DNA of 64,000 nt, taken from the NCBI GenBank assembly GCA_000388065.2, contig KB932208.1; one strand, 5' to 3'. The notes beneath the pieces are model-generated. The model was given only the letters and a program-made list of their open reading frames with translations, was not told the DNA's origin and made no database searches. Shown here in pieces: positions 21,601-35,079 of the stretch. A program made the position numbers and the translations under genes. The DNA comes from Fonticula alba ATCC 38817 (Eukaryota; Protista; Nucleariida). The first letter of the stretch is position 1. Every line of letters starts with the position of its first letter.

Positions 21601-24600
21601 NNNNNNNNNNNNNNNNNNNNNNNNNNNNNNNNNNCCCCCCCCGGTGTCAGGGAGGGGCGGCACCGGAGGAGGCCGGGCCCGGCTGACGCGCCCGCCGACC
21701 GAAACCGCCCCCCGCGCGGGCTGGCCGGGACCCATGACTGCCGGCATCCGCCGCCGGGCCGGCACGCGGGACAGGCTCAGGCGGGCCGATGGAAGGAAGG
21801 GACCGGGGGGGGGGGCGGGCGCGCGCGGGAGGCAGAATGAACAGCGGACGCGGCCCCCGGGGCCCGGCGTATGGCCTCCTCGCGGGCCCGGAGAGGGTGG
21901 CCTTGGCTGCGCGCGAGCGCGGCCGACCACTCGGCACACCGACGCCTCAGGCGCTCGTTAATAGGCCCCGGGCGGCGGCGGCAGCGGCAGCCGGGCAGCC
22001 GGGCGGCCGAGAGTGCACCCGCGGGAGACCGTCCGAGGACGAGACAGAGAGGGGGAGCGGGACGGGAGGCGAGACGGAGACACTCCCCCGGGCCGGGGGC
22101 ATCGCGGTCCGCCGGGTTGCCGCGCTATTTTGCTCGGCAATACCACCGGATCGGGGGGCCCCCTCCCCGGCTTCCCCCGGCCGCGGGCGGCGCATGTCCA
22201 CCGGCCGGCATGGGTGAGCTTGTGCGTACGTGCATGTATTAGTGAAGGCCGCCAGCGAGCGTGGCCAATACGCACGCCCGGAGACACACGCGCGTACAAC
22301 CACAGGCAGAAGCAACCATGGCTCCATGGTCCCCGGTCCGGTTGCCGTTGCCGCCGGCCCCCCCCCCCCCGGGCGGGCACACTTTGACATGCCTCGTACG
22401 TCTCATCGACCCAAGGCCGCCCGGCCCGGGGGAGCCCCCGCCGCCTGCGAACCCCCTTGGGCGAGGGGGGACACCGGCCGCCGAAGACAACCGGCGCCAG
22501 GGGGGGGGGGGGGGCGAGGCGGGCTTGGAAAGTGCCGGAGGCGGGCGACCCTGCCCGGGCGGGACCGGGCCCTCGGGCCTCTCCGGTCCCCCGCTGCCGG
22601 AGGAAGCCCCCGAGCAGGGGCACCACACGCCGCCGGTGGCACCAACGACCCGGCCGGCCAGCCGGCCGGCGACGCAAAGGGCGCCCCACCCGGGGGGAGG
22701 TGATGGTGTCTGCCGTCACCGGCCGAAGGGCCCCCCCCGCCGGATGTGCGCGCCCTGCGCCAAAAAGGATTCCCCGCCCAGGGGGATTCAGGGAAATTCC
22801 AGCACGCAATCCCCCCGGAGCCGCGGTTGCAGCCCGGCCTCCGCCCGCCGGTTACACACGCCGGCTTGCTCACGGCGGCGGCCGCGGCGGCGGGGAGGGA
22901 AGGGACCGGGCGCACGGCTTCGTGCGCACGCGCACACACGCGCTCGCCAGCCCCCGGCGCCTGACAACAACCGGCATGTCGGGTCGGGTGGCGGCGAAGC
23001 GCCGGGGGGCCACAGCACGCCGGTCCAGGCCGCGGGAACACACCTCCGGGTTAAATATGGGACGCCCGGGGGCGCCTTTCTCCCCCGGGCTGCGGGACCG
23101 CCTCCCGGGGGCGGGGAGGGCAGCTGGCGGCTCGCGAGGGCCGCGCCCCCAGCGGGAGGTAGCGCGCGCGTGCGCGCGGGCCCCAGACGCGGCCGCCCAC
23201 CCCGGGGCCGGGCGGCGTGCCGCCTCCGGGCGTGTCCCGGCCCCCCCCTCCCCCCGGGCCGCGGCATCACAACGGGCTCGGGGCTGCAACCTCCCCCCGG
23301 CGCGGGGACCGATGCGGTGCCTTCCGGGCGGGGGGCCGCGGCAACCATCAGCGCACCGGCGTGCGGGGGCGGCCGCAAGAAGGCTGCCAGGGCCTCTCGC
23401 CGGGGGGCGAGGCCCCGGCACACATGGCAGGGACAGCCCCCTTCACGCGGGGGAACAAGCCCCGGCGGTTCGTGTGCACCCCGCCGCCCGCCTCCGCAAT
23501 CGTGTCCCTCGTCGCGGGAGGGGGGCCCGGGAGGGCCCCGGCTGCCTCTGCGCCAGAAGACCACACCGGGGGGGGGGGGGGGGGGGGGGGGGGAGGGGCA
23601 CGGACACGCTCTTGAGCGGGGGTAAACAAATAGAGGAGCATTATGCGCAAATGAATATTCGCGGGCCGGCCACGGGGGTGGGCGAGGGCGGGGACACTCT
23701 ATTTTGATTGTGCTCCCCCCAGCCAGTCCGGTGCAACCACACAACCCCGCCCCGTCCGGTCCCGGCTGTGTCGGCTCGCGGGGAAGGTGTGCCAGAGCAG
23801 GGGGGGGGGGGGGCGCCGTCGCGCCGCACGGGCAGGGCCCGAGGCCGGCGGCCGTTCCCGCCCCCCGCCCCGCCCCCTCGCCCCTCGCCCCTCCGGCGAT
23901 CCGCCGCCGCCCGGAGGCAGGGTCCAGCCGCGGAGGCGGCTCTCGCCCGCCCAGGCCGGACTCCGCCGCAAGAGGCTGCCCCGGTAAAGGGGGGGTGTCC
24001 GGTCTGCCGGGGATCGCGGGCCCTGGTGGCCGGCCAGTCTCGGGCACCACCGCAAGCCGGCCCTCCCCATATAACCTGGCGCGCATGATTCCCATCACTC
24101 CGCCGGGCCGGGCCGGGCCGCAAACCAATTCTCCCCCACCCGGGGCCTCCTCCGTGTCCAGCGCCGAAGGCGCCCACCCGCCACAGGCGGCGGAGGCAAA
24201 CCCCCCCCCCAAACGGAAAAGGGGGGGGGCCCGCCCTTTCCCCCGGCCTGCCCCCGGGCCCCCCCCCCCCCCAGCCCCCCCGGTGTGTTGGTCGGGCGGA
24301 TGGGCTTGGTCGCTTCTCGAGGGCTGCCCCCGGCGCCGTGCCCGGCCGCCCCTTCCCCCCCCCCCCCGAGAGGCCGCCCGGGCACGCCGGCCCCCCAGGA
24401 GGCAGGCCGGGGAGCCGAGGCGCCGGGCGGGGGCGCCGGGCAAGGGGCGAACGAGGCACGCCTGGACACGCCCGCGCAGCACCGAGCCGGGCCGATGTGC
24501 TCGCACCGACGACCGCCGGTCGTCCAGTCTCCGTGACCGCTCGAGCGCCCGACGCACCGGCAGGGGGGGGCGGGAGCCACCTCCCCGGTGCCCGTTCCGG

Positions 24601-25467
24601 CGCACACACTCGCCCGGTCCCACACACGCACACATTACTCAGCCACACGCACCCCGCCGAGGCCAGGCGTGTCACACCTTTTGGGGCCCCAGGACAGGGG
24701 CGAGGTCTGCCCGACGGGCGACCGGGCCAACCGCAGAGGGCGGCTCACGGCAACACGGGGGTGGCCCTGCGCTTCCGGGCGGCAAGGGCGTTGTGCGCGA
24801 GCGCCAGCCGCTCGCCCCACCACGCACCAAGGCATGCCGCACCTCCGCCACTTATGCACACCCCCCGCCGACGGGAGAGCCCCCCCCCCCCCAGACGCAC
24901 GGCCGCCCGCGCGACGACAAGGCCCGAGGTTGGCAATAAATGCCGCATTAAGGCTAACGAAAATCCCCATATATGGAGTCTAATGCTGGAAGCTCGGTGA
25001 TCGGCTGGAATACCGTTCTCGCGACGAGATCACGCCGGGCGTACGTCACAGCCGATCGATTTTCGCCTCGCACCCACATCACCCAAGAGGGACAGCCTCG
25101 ACTGGTGCTGCCCCGCCCCTCGGGGGGGCGGAGGGATTGCTTTTCAAAGCACTCCTCCCCCCTCCGCTGGCCGGTTCTCCTTGTTGCCACTTTTGCTCGC
25201 CGCCCTCCCCCCCCCCTCCCCCCCNNNNNNNNNNNNNNNNNNNNNNNNNNNNNNNNNNNNNNNNNCCCCTCGCCCCCCCCCCCGCCTGGCCGAATGTCCC
25301 TCACCCGGAAGCCGCCGACTGCCCCGGCCCAGCCGGCGCCCGGCCGTACCTCGCGGACGGGTCCGCCATCCGGGCTGCCCGGGGCCCGGCCACCGGCCCC
25401 CCCGTCGGCCGGGGCGCCGCCAGCCGCCGGAGCGCCTGGGACGGTGACCGCCCGGCCACTTGGCCCG

Positions 25468-26562
25468 ATGGCCGGGGCCGCCGTCCGCAAGGTCGACACC
25501 GTCATCATGGATCTCCTGCACATGGAGCTCGTGAACTCCTACCTCCAGCGGGCGTCAGATCCCACAAAGCCCCTGACCCCCGGCGAGATCGAGACCTTCC
25601 GCCAGGAGATCGAGGCAATCGGCTCGGCAGCCGGGGCGCGCTTCTTTGCCAGGTTCGCCGTGCACTTGCCTTCCCCCCTGTCTGCCCGCCTGGCGTCCTC
25701 CCCCCCGCCGGGCTTCTTTTTTTTCCTCCCCCCTCCCCCTTTTTGACCATCCACCGCGCCTTTCCGAGCACTGACCGCCCCTTCTCGCGTCGGTCTTCCT
25801 CCTCCCTTCCTCTCTCTCTCTCTCTCTTTCTCCCCCCCCCCGCGCAGCGAGTCCATCCACTTGACTGCCTTCGGGCCGACGGATGCCGTTCGCTTTGTGT
25901 GCAATGGCTTGTGGCCATGCTTTTTCCAGAACAACATTTCCAACCTCCGATCCAATCGCCTGGTGCGCCCTCCGCCGCTTCCCCCTCCGACCGGCGGTCA
26001 TTTGCCCCCCAGCGGGACACCCAAAGCTGACTCCCCACCCTGCTGCCTGGCGCCCTCTCGCTCTCTCGCTCGCTCGCTCTCCCGCTCTCCCGCTGCCCCT
26101 CCTCCGGAAGGATGTCTTCGTCATGACCGACAGCGCCTATCGGCCATTCACATGGTGCTCATCGATGAATGACTTCGCCCCGTCCGGCGGGGCGCACTCG
26201 GTCGCCTCGCAACTGATGCCGGTACGCCCGATCTCGCCTTTCCCTTGTCCCCCTGGAGCCCAGCCTGCCTCGCTGTTCGTCTCCACTCACGGCGCGCGTA
26301 CATCCGGCCGCCTGGCGCATGTCCCCTTGCACATAGTACACCTGGTTCGCGTGTGGTGCCATCTCCGGTGCCCTGGCCGCCAGCGGCTGGAAGTGCAAGG
26401 TCACTTCGGAGATCAACAAGGCTCCCGGATGTGCGTCCCCCCTTCTTCCCCTGTCCTGTCCCGATATCCGCCCAATCCCCTGGGCCCGAGCAGCTCCTCG
26501 GCTGACGTCCCCCGCTCCCCCTCTCCGTAGGCGACTTCGTGGTTGTCATCCTCAACGTTTGA
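25468..26562 (+). CDS. TRAPPC6: TRAPP complex subunit Trs33/TRAPPC6 (~178 aa); exons 25468-25652, 25848-25962, 26111-26221, 26337-26430, 26531-26562
   Basis: Spliced product has IEAIGSAAGARF, DAVRFVCNGLWPCFFQNNISNLRSN, VFVMTD and FACGAISGAL..CKVTSEINKAPGCDFVV, the Bet3-family Trs33 pattern. Exon lengths sum to 537 nt. AATAAA at 26653. Confidence 0.85.
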
Positions 26563-28294
26563 GGGACCCAACGGCTGGCTTTTTTTTCTCATGTATATCT
26601 CCTCCTCCCTGCCGGCTGTTCGATACCGGCCCCTTCCCAGTTGCATGGACACAATAAACGCCACATTTCGTGGATCCCAGGATCCCCGGCCGCCTCGAGA
26701 GGCCGGAGGGGGCAGCCCCGGCGAGAGAGAGAGAGAGACACAGGGAGACCGGGAGGGAGGGAGGGGCGACCGAGCGGCCTGGCGACCGAGCCGCCAGGAG
26801 ACCCAGGCCGGGATCGACTGGCAGGGGGAGGGGGGGGGGATTGTTCCCCGTCCAAGGTCGCTTTTGGCGGGCGTCCTCTCTCCGCTCCCAGGGCGCCTTC
26901 GTGCGCGAGAGGGGGAAGCCGGCGCCAGTGGCGGCGGCCCGGCCCGGTGGGCTTGATCGGGGAACGGGCGGGGCGGTGGAATGCGCCGAAGCCCAAATGG
27001 AATCACGCCCAAATCACGGGCACAGGACCGCAAGTATTCCAGAACCGCACACATAGTCGCCCTATTCCACACTCGCACACACACACGCACACCCCAGTCC
27101 GGGAGGGAGGGGGGGGACACTGCGCCTTCCCGCCCGCTTCCCCCGCCCCCCCCCCTGAGAGACACTTGCACCCCTCCCCGCGAGTACGGGGACGCGGGGT
27201 GAGGGCGCCGCTGGAGCGCGCCGCCGGTCGTCAAAATCCCGGCGTCGATGTCCCCGGCGGGAGTTAAATCGACAAGGGCACCCCGCCCTTTGGTCGGACA
27301 AGTGGGGCCCGGCGGCCCGCTCGGGGTGCCCGCCTCCTCTTGGCACCTCCGTAGTGCGGTATCTCCGGCAGGGCGTCTGGCCTATGCGGGGGGGGGGGGG
27401 GGGGGAAAACTGGCAGTTCGCCGGGGCCGCGGGTCGGTGACGCTCGCGGCAGCGAGAAGCCCACCGGGGGGGCCGGGACGGGAGAGACAGCCGAGGGCCA
27501 AAGGCAACGTGCGGGAGTGACTTGGCTGCGCGCGAGCCAGCCCGCACATGGATGGGCCAGGGTTCTGCTTGGATCTCGCCCTCAGGGGTTGTGATCCTCG
27601 CGGGCCTCCCCCCCCCCCCGCCCCCGCCGGCCTCGAGGCGTGCGCCTGTCCGAGGCGCGAATGCCAGCGCCCGAGGGCGCGCGCTGGAAGCTTGTTTATT
27701 TTTGCCCGCCTTCCCCCGGGCGTTGGGGCGGATAGACACCGGCAGGTGGGCGTGTGTGGGGGTGTACGCCGGCTGCCTGGCCGGCCGGCCGGCCGGCGGC
27801 CACACATGCGGCTTGCTGCGCTTCGGCCCCCCCCACCCCGGGGAAGCCGGACACCTTGCCCAGCCCACCCCCCCGTCGCCCCCCCCCCCCCCCCGGGGGG
27901 GCGGAAAGCCGGGTGAGACGGCACAAAATGCCCCCCCGCCCACCGTCCGCCGCTAGACACACCGTGCTTCTCTCTGCCGGAGACCGTGGTTTTTTTTTGG
28001 GGGCCGGACTTGGTCCCCGGCCGCAGTCAAACCCCGCATGACAACAATGTCGGGACTTCCTTCCCCGGCTTCGCGTGCTCGCGAGCGCGCGCGCCCGTCT
28101 ACCTGCATCCAAGTGGCCCTGCATGTGTCCCCCCTCCCTGCAGACGCTTCCCGGGAGCCGCCCCTTGGCTGTGAGCCGAGGGGCGTGAGCCATCGATTGG
28201 GTGCGGCCGTGGCGGCGGCCTTCCGTGTGCGAGTGGTGGAGAGGGCGGGGGGGGGGGGGGGGGGGGGGGCCCGGGTGTTCCGGCGCCCGGAGGT

Positions 28295-28335
<41 letters not shown>

Positions 28336-29027
28336 AGGAGGCCCCGTTTTCCTTGCTCCGGAACGCGCTCCCGCGCGCGGCCCCCCTGGGCTTCTTTCCG
28401 GCGGACGCTCCGGAACGCGATCTCCCTCGCCCGGGGGGAAGCCTGGAGCCCGAAAAAAGCCTGTCCTCTGGGTCCCCCTCCGGCCGTGACGACCAAGTCA
28501 ACAACCTTCACCCCCCCCCCCCTCTGCCCCCTCCTGGCCCGCCTCTCTTCTTCAGTTCACTCCGTCCCCGACGCCCCCGCCACCCNNNNNNNNNNNNNNN
28601 NNNNNNNNNNNNNNNNNNNNNNNNNNNNNNNNNNNNNNNNNNNNNNNNNNNNNNNNNNNNNNNNNNNNNNNNNNNNNNNNNNNNNNNNNNNNNNNNNNNN
28701 NNNNNNNNNNNNNNNNNNNNNNNNNNNNNNNNNNNNNNNNNNNNNNNNNNNNNNNNNNNNNNNNNNNNNNNNNNNNNNNNNNNNNNNNNNNNNNNNNNNN
28801 NNNNNNNNNNNNNNNNNNNNNNNNNNNNNNNNNNNNNNNNNNNNNNNNNNNNNNNNNNNNNNNNNNNNNNNNNNNNNNNNNNNNNNNNNCCCCCCCCCTC
28901 CCCGGCCACCCTCTCTTGCCTCGCCACGCCGACGCCTGGCGGCGTGCTCACACACCCAGGTCCCCGCACCGAGCGAGTGCGTGCTCGCGCGTGCCCTGAC
29001 ACCGCCGCCCCGGCGCCCCAGACAGCC

Positions 29028-32000
29028 ATGCGGGGAGCTTGGCGCGCCTGGACCGAGTCACTCACCCGCCCAAAGCGGAAGTACTCCCTCGAGAACTTCA
29101 AGTATGTGCCCCCCCTCCCCCCCTCTCGCCCTCCGGCGTCCACTTCCCCTTCTTCCTCTCCCGGCGTCTCCGCTCCACTGCGTGTGCCGGTGCCCCGTCC
29201 TCCTGGCACCACCCTACTGACCTCGTCCTTTCGGCCCTCTTGCCCTCCTTGTCCCCCGGCCATGGCAGATATCTCACCCAGCAGCTTGCGCGGCACAATG
29301 CCCAATTTCTGTCCGGCGAGCCGACCGGCATCGATGCCAGCTCGCAGGCCATCGTCGAGACCCTGCGGCAGATCGCCGAGCTCCTCATCTGGGGCGACCA
29401 GAATGAGACGAACTTCGTTGAGTGCGTCCGCCACAGCCTGCCCCCCCCCCTCCTCTCCTTCCTTCTGCTTGTTCCCTTGGCCGCCGCTTTCGGTCTCCCG
29501 CTAACCCGCCCGCCCTGCTGCCAGACACTCCTATGAGGCCAACCTTCTGAGCAACTTCCTCCTCCTTCTCAATCAGAAGCCGCCCCCTCCGCCATCGATT
29601 GTTGTGCAGCTTCTCCAAACGCTGAGCATTCTCTTCGAAAACATCCGCACTCAGACGCTCATCTGTGCGAGACACTTTTTTTTTTTGCCGTTCCTCCCCC
29701 CTCCTTCCCTCCCTCTCGCTCGGTCGTTTGTCCCCCCACCCTGACCCGCTCCCTTGCCCCCCCCCCCTGGTGCTGATTCCCTCTCCCGTGCCTGGCAGAC
29801 TTCCTTCTGTCCAACAACTATGTCAACGACATCATCCAGCATGAGTTTGACTTCGGCGATGAGGAGACCCTGGCCTACTACATCTCCTTCCTGAAGGCCC
29901 TGTCGCTCAAGCTGAACCCCAGCACCGTCAGCTTCTTCTACAATGAGGTTCGCATGTTGGTGCTTGTGCAGGGCATGTCCCGCCATCCTGGCGCCCCGAC
30001 TTATCCCTTTGCCCCTCCCCCCGCCGCCCCTCTCCGCAGCGCCAAAACGACTTCCCACTCTACTCCGAGGCGATCAAGTTCTTCCGCCACGATGAGAGTA
30101 TGATTCGGGTAGCCGTGCGCACCCTCACGCTCAATGTCTTCCGCGTGGACTGTCCGCGCGTGAAGAACTTCATCCTCGACCGCTCGGCCCTCCCCTACTT
30201 CGCCAACCTCGTCTGGTTCATCGGCGACCAATCCCTGACCCTGGACGAGTTTGTGGTCTCCTCCAAGGGGTATGGCTGTTCTCCGCCTCCCTCTGCCCCT
30301 TGTCCTCCGCCTCCCTCTGCCCTTTGTCCTCCGTCTCCCTCTGCCCTTTGTCCTCCGCCTTCCCCCGCCTCCCCCCGCCTTCCCCTCATGGCTATCCCCA
30401 TCCCTGCCTTGTGGCCGCCCCTCCTCGCCACGCGGCTCTGACCCTCCCCTCTCAGATTCGAACTCGCCGGCAAGCTCAATGACCAGGTGGCTGAGCATGT
30501 GGATCACTTTTACTACCTAAATGACATTTTGACCACCGGTGCACCGGAAATCGGGGAGATCCTCTGCCGACAGCTCATTCGCAAGTTGGTCATCCCCCTG
30601 TACCTGATGTCGCTGCTTGACCCGACGGCCTCCTTCCTCCAGCTGGCCGGGTCTTCGGCGGATCTGTCCCCGACCGCCGGGGCAGGAACCGGGGCGGCGC
30701 CAGTTCCGACGCGCGTCAGCGTCCGGACCGCGCTCACGCTCCTGGCCCAGATGATGCACATTTTCAGCCACTCCAAGCTGGTGTCCCTGATGGCGGTGCT
30801 CCTCTTGGCGCCGACCCGTGCGGCCTACCTGGAATACCTGCGCCAGCTGTCCTCCAACCAATCGAAGGGCCCCTCCTCGCTGCTGGTTTCGCCGCAGATC
30901 CCCTCGTCCACGGCCTGCCTCGGCGACTCCTCGCTCGACATCGACCGGAGCTCGGCCCTGGACATTGATGCCATCATTTGCGCGGCCTTTCGATCGGCCA
31001 ATGGCAGCATGGGCATGGGTGCCGCCGCTGCCGGCGCCGACTCGACCACCGGCTCGACCCTGCTGGCGGCCAATCCGCCGGCCAACCCGCGTGATCCGGT
31101 TGACCTGTCTGGCGACCCGCGTGCGGATGGCCAGGCTGCTGGTGCCTCCCTGGACAATCCCGAGGGGCATTCCTCCTCCACCTCGGCCGGGGGCCATTCG
31201 GCGCTCGCCTCCAGCTGCGGCATCTCGGAGTCCTCCTCCTCGGCTGCCTCGCACAGTCCGACCACCTCCCTTTCGGCATTGCCCTCCTCGCTGTACTTCG
31301 TCAGCCGCCGGGACCGGGCAAGCGAGCACCGGCTGGTGATCCCCAGCCGCAAGGGGCTTGGACCGCGGCGCCAGGCCGCCTCGCCCCTGCCGGATCTCAA
31401 GATCCCCAGTGCCTTCACCGGTGGCAATGGGACCAATGCCGGCTCGCCGACCGGGCAGGCGTCGAAGGGGCGCGCGGCTGCGGCTGCCGCTCCGGCCGTC
31501 GCCGCCGCTTCTGCCATTGCCGCTGCCGGCGCCGGCGCCGGCGCCACTGCTCCTGTCGGGGGCCCCGCCTCGACCACCGCCGCCGCTGCCGCCGCCGCTG
31601 CGACTCCATTGGCGGATGAGCGGCCGATTGGCTTTAATCTTGGCAAGTCCTCGTATGTGCCGCTGCCTTTCCCTTTCACCTGCCCAGCGTCTGCTCTGTC
31701 CTCGCGCTGTGTCCGCCCGATCTCACTGTCGCCGCTTTGCCTGTCCCCGCCCCCCCCCCCCCGGCCATAGTGATCCCAATCCCTTCCGCGAAGCAATTCT
31801 CCACTTCCTGAATTGCTCCGAGTCCGACCAGGAGGCCCTGCCCGTGCTGTCTCTCCTGCACTTGACCTCCAAGAACAAGAACATCTCCCCGGCCATCCTG
31901 GACCTGGTGGGGCTCCTCCCGCGGAGCTACACGGCCAGCCCGCCGGCGGCAGCCGACCCGCCCCCGGCGCAGGATCCCCTTCCGGCAAAGGTACTTCCGA

Positions 32001-35000
32001 CAAGTTGACGCTCTGGCGGCCTCGCCCTCCCTTCGGCCCTTTGTCCTCGGCGGCCATTCTCGTCGGCTCTCTGGGCTAACTTCGATTCCCTCTCCTCCGC
32101 CTGCTTCTTCCCGCCTCCGGCTCCCTCCCGCCATCCGGCGTAGTATGACGGCGAGCTGGTGTCGGCCCTGCTGAACAATGTCATGGAGCATTCGCACCGC
32201 TGTCGGCCGGTGACCCTGGCCCTGGCCACGTCGCTGTTGGGGGAAATCACCTGGCGCCCCACGGTGCCCAGCGCGCCGCATGAGGCCTCGCTCAACCCGC
32301 GGCACCTGCACACCCTGCGCTCGATCGAGCTCAGCACCCGGTCGAAGCTCTTCGACTCGATGCTGGGCTTCTACCTCCGGCCGGATGTCTCCCGGTCGCT
32401 GCCGCTGACGGAGGAGCGCGGCCCGGAGGCCGGGCACCCTGGCACCGGGCAGCAATCGCCCAGCTTCCCGGGTACGCCGCACGGCACCGGGCCGATGGAT
32501 GCGTCGCGCGCCTCGGCCGACCGGTCATCCACCGCCTCCTCGCGGTCATCCATGGCGTCCACCTCGTCGGCGGTCTCCGCGCCCCCGGCCTCCATCTATC
32601 GGCCGGGTCCGGCTCGCCCCGATGCCATGGCTGCCGGGGCGGAGTTTGGCCGCACCGATCCCGATGCCCTGCCCGACCATCTGGACGTCTTTGAGGAGGA
32701 ATTTGTTCGGTTCACGCGCGCCTGCCCGGAATTGGCCGATGTGTGGTGGTCGGGCCCGGGTGCCTTTGCGCGCGCCCTCAGCAGCCCTGCCAGCACCTCG
32801 GCCATTCCGGGCCCGTCGGCCGGCGCCCCGGCAGGTGGCCCCCCTGCGGCGGCCCCCAGCATCTCGGTCCAGGATGCCGGGCTGCTGTCGCCACGCCGGC
32901 GATTGCCATTTGCCGGGTTCCCGGCCCAGTTGCACGGTCAGGCCGATGGCGGCCGGTCGTCCATCTCCTCCGTGGCATACCTGCCGCCCAACCCGATCAC
33001 CATGGAGTCGCGCCCGGTGGCAGTTATCCGGGAAATTGCCAATGGCTTCTGCCCGGTGGATGTCATCGGCCGCCTGGTGACCGGCAGCCCGGTGCTCCTG
33101 GTGCCGGTGGTGACCGAGCCTGGAAGTGTCTTCCTCCGGCGGCTGCCATTCGACCAGCGCCCGGCGCTGAATCTCTATGAGGATCTGGTCGGTCTCATCC
33201 GGCGGTTCCTGGTGATTCGCGCTCTGCGCCAGCGCCTTGCTGCCAGCCATAGCTCCTGTGAACCGGAGCGCGAGCTCCCGCCCCCGCCGTTCGTCCGGCC
33301 GGCCGGTGCCTTTGCCTCGGATCTGGTCGATCTGTCGCAATTCACCCTCTCCGAGATGGGCGAGAAGGCCAAGGCCAGCCAATCGGCCAGTCAGCATGTG
33401 CAGCTGGCAGACTTGCACCTGGCCGCCCCTGCGGCCTCGGGCGCCTGCTTCAACATCCTGCCCCTGGACTTTGGCACCCATCGAGCCCTGGGGGAGTCCC
33501 TCGAGCTGACGGCCCTCCAGCAGGATGCTCGGCTCAGTGGCCAGCCCTATGTGCACAGTGCGTGGCCACTTTGTCCCTCCCTGTGGCCTCTTTTTTTTTC
33601 TCCGCCGCCTTCCGCCGCCTTTCATGTGATCCTCGTCTGTTGGCTAATGCTGTCCGGCGGGATGCTCCAACCTGCTTTTCGCCCCCTTTTTTTCCCCCTG
33701 CTGCCCCCCCCCCCCCCCCACACACACACGCACATGTCAGACACCATCGACGTTGAGTTTTCCGTGTCGCAGGTGGCCGCCGGCGGCATGAGCCACCCTC
33801 GGCGCCTGGTCCTCACCGGCGAGCGCCTGCTCCTGCTGGACTGCCCGACGCACCGCGGAGCCGATGCCTCGGAAGGCAGCGCCACCGACGACGACCATGA
33901 CGCCGCCGTCGCCGGCGCTGCGACCACCGGCGGGGATCCCCATGGCGGGGCTCCCGCGGCCACGGTGCTTTTCGGGGTCACCTACTCGCGGGTGGCGTCG
34001 GCCGCCATCCTCCCCGACACGGATGACGGGCTGGCCACCTCCTGCCGGCTGATGTTGGAGCTGCTCGTGGATCCTGCCTGGGTGGACACGGCCCTCGGCC
34101 ATGTCAGCCCGGCGGAGCGCGCGGCCGCCATTGGCGAAGCCGTGGCGACTGCTCGCCGGCGCACTTCGTCCGCCGGGGAGAAGCACATCGACGAACCGGC
34201 TGCGGCCCCGGCCCCGGCCCCGGCCCCGGTCCCGGTCCCGGCGGCTCTTACTCCGCCACCGGTGCCCCGGCTGGCCGCGCGTGCGGGGCTCTTTGCCCTG
34301 CCGTCGGTCCAGGACCCGAGAGTTGGCGGCGGGCCTCTGCCCCCGGGCGCCGGGGGGGCCCTTGCCCCGGGCGAGGTCCCCCCAACGTCGGTCCTTGCTG
34401 CGGCCCTGTCCGGGCACTTCCTCTTCTCGACTGGCGGGCCGGGGGGTCTTGCCGATGCGGCGGCCGTGGCGGCCGCCGATGCCAGTCTCCTGGGCAGCGT
34501 GCGGCGCTTTTCCGCGGAATTTGGCCGAGCCTCGGCGGTTGGTGCCCGACCTGGCCCCTTGGCTCTGCCGGCCGCGGCGGGCGGCGCGGGCGCGCGCATG
34601 CCGGCCCCCGCGTCGCAGGTGGTCTTCCGGACGGCCCTTTCAACCCCGCCCTCCGGGCAACTCCATGCCTCCTTGCCCGGTGTCCTGCCGGTGGCCCCGC
34701 CTCCGGCCTCCATGCTTGGGGCCACATTGCGGCAGCATTACCGGTCGGCCTTCATCTTCGTGGACTTCGCCTCGGCATCGGATGCCTTGCTGGCCTTCGC
34801 CGAGTTGGCCCGCTACCGGGCCCATGGCCAGGCCACCCGGACGCGGGCCCTGTTGGGAGTCCTCGCATCGACGCACTTCCTGCAGGTGGACCGCGCCACC
34901 GGGGCCGTTGCCGCTCGGCCGGCGCACCTGCACGCGGGCGGTGGGGCCGACCTGCCGGAAGCCCTGGCCGCCGTCAGTCTGTCGGATGCCGTGGCCAGCG

Positions 35001-35040
35001 GGGGCGGTCCTCCTGTGCCGGGGCCCCCGCTGCCGCCGTC

Positions 35041-35079
<39 letters not shown>

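Noticed and set aside
24999-25057. 9-bp inverted repeat GATCGGCTG/CAGCCGATC suggesting a structured RNA
   Set aside because: Many such stems are expected by chance, and I found no snRNA, snoRNA, SRP, RNase P or MRP motifs.
19070-29027. Numerous 150-600 aa Gly/Arg/Pro-rich ORFs in the track (e.g. 22788-24635, 22261-23625, 28038-29504)
   Set aside because: They arise from stop-codon scarcity in very GC-rich, G-run DNA, occur in all six frames and lack domains or codon bias.
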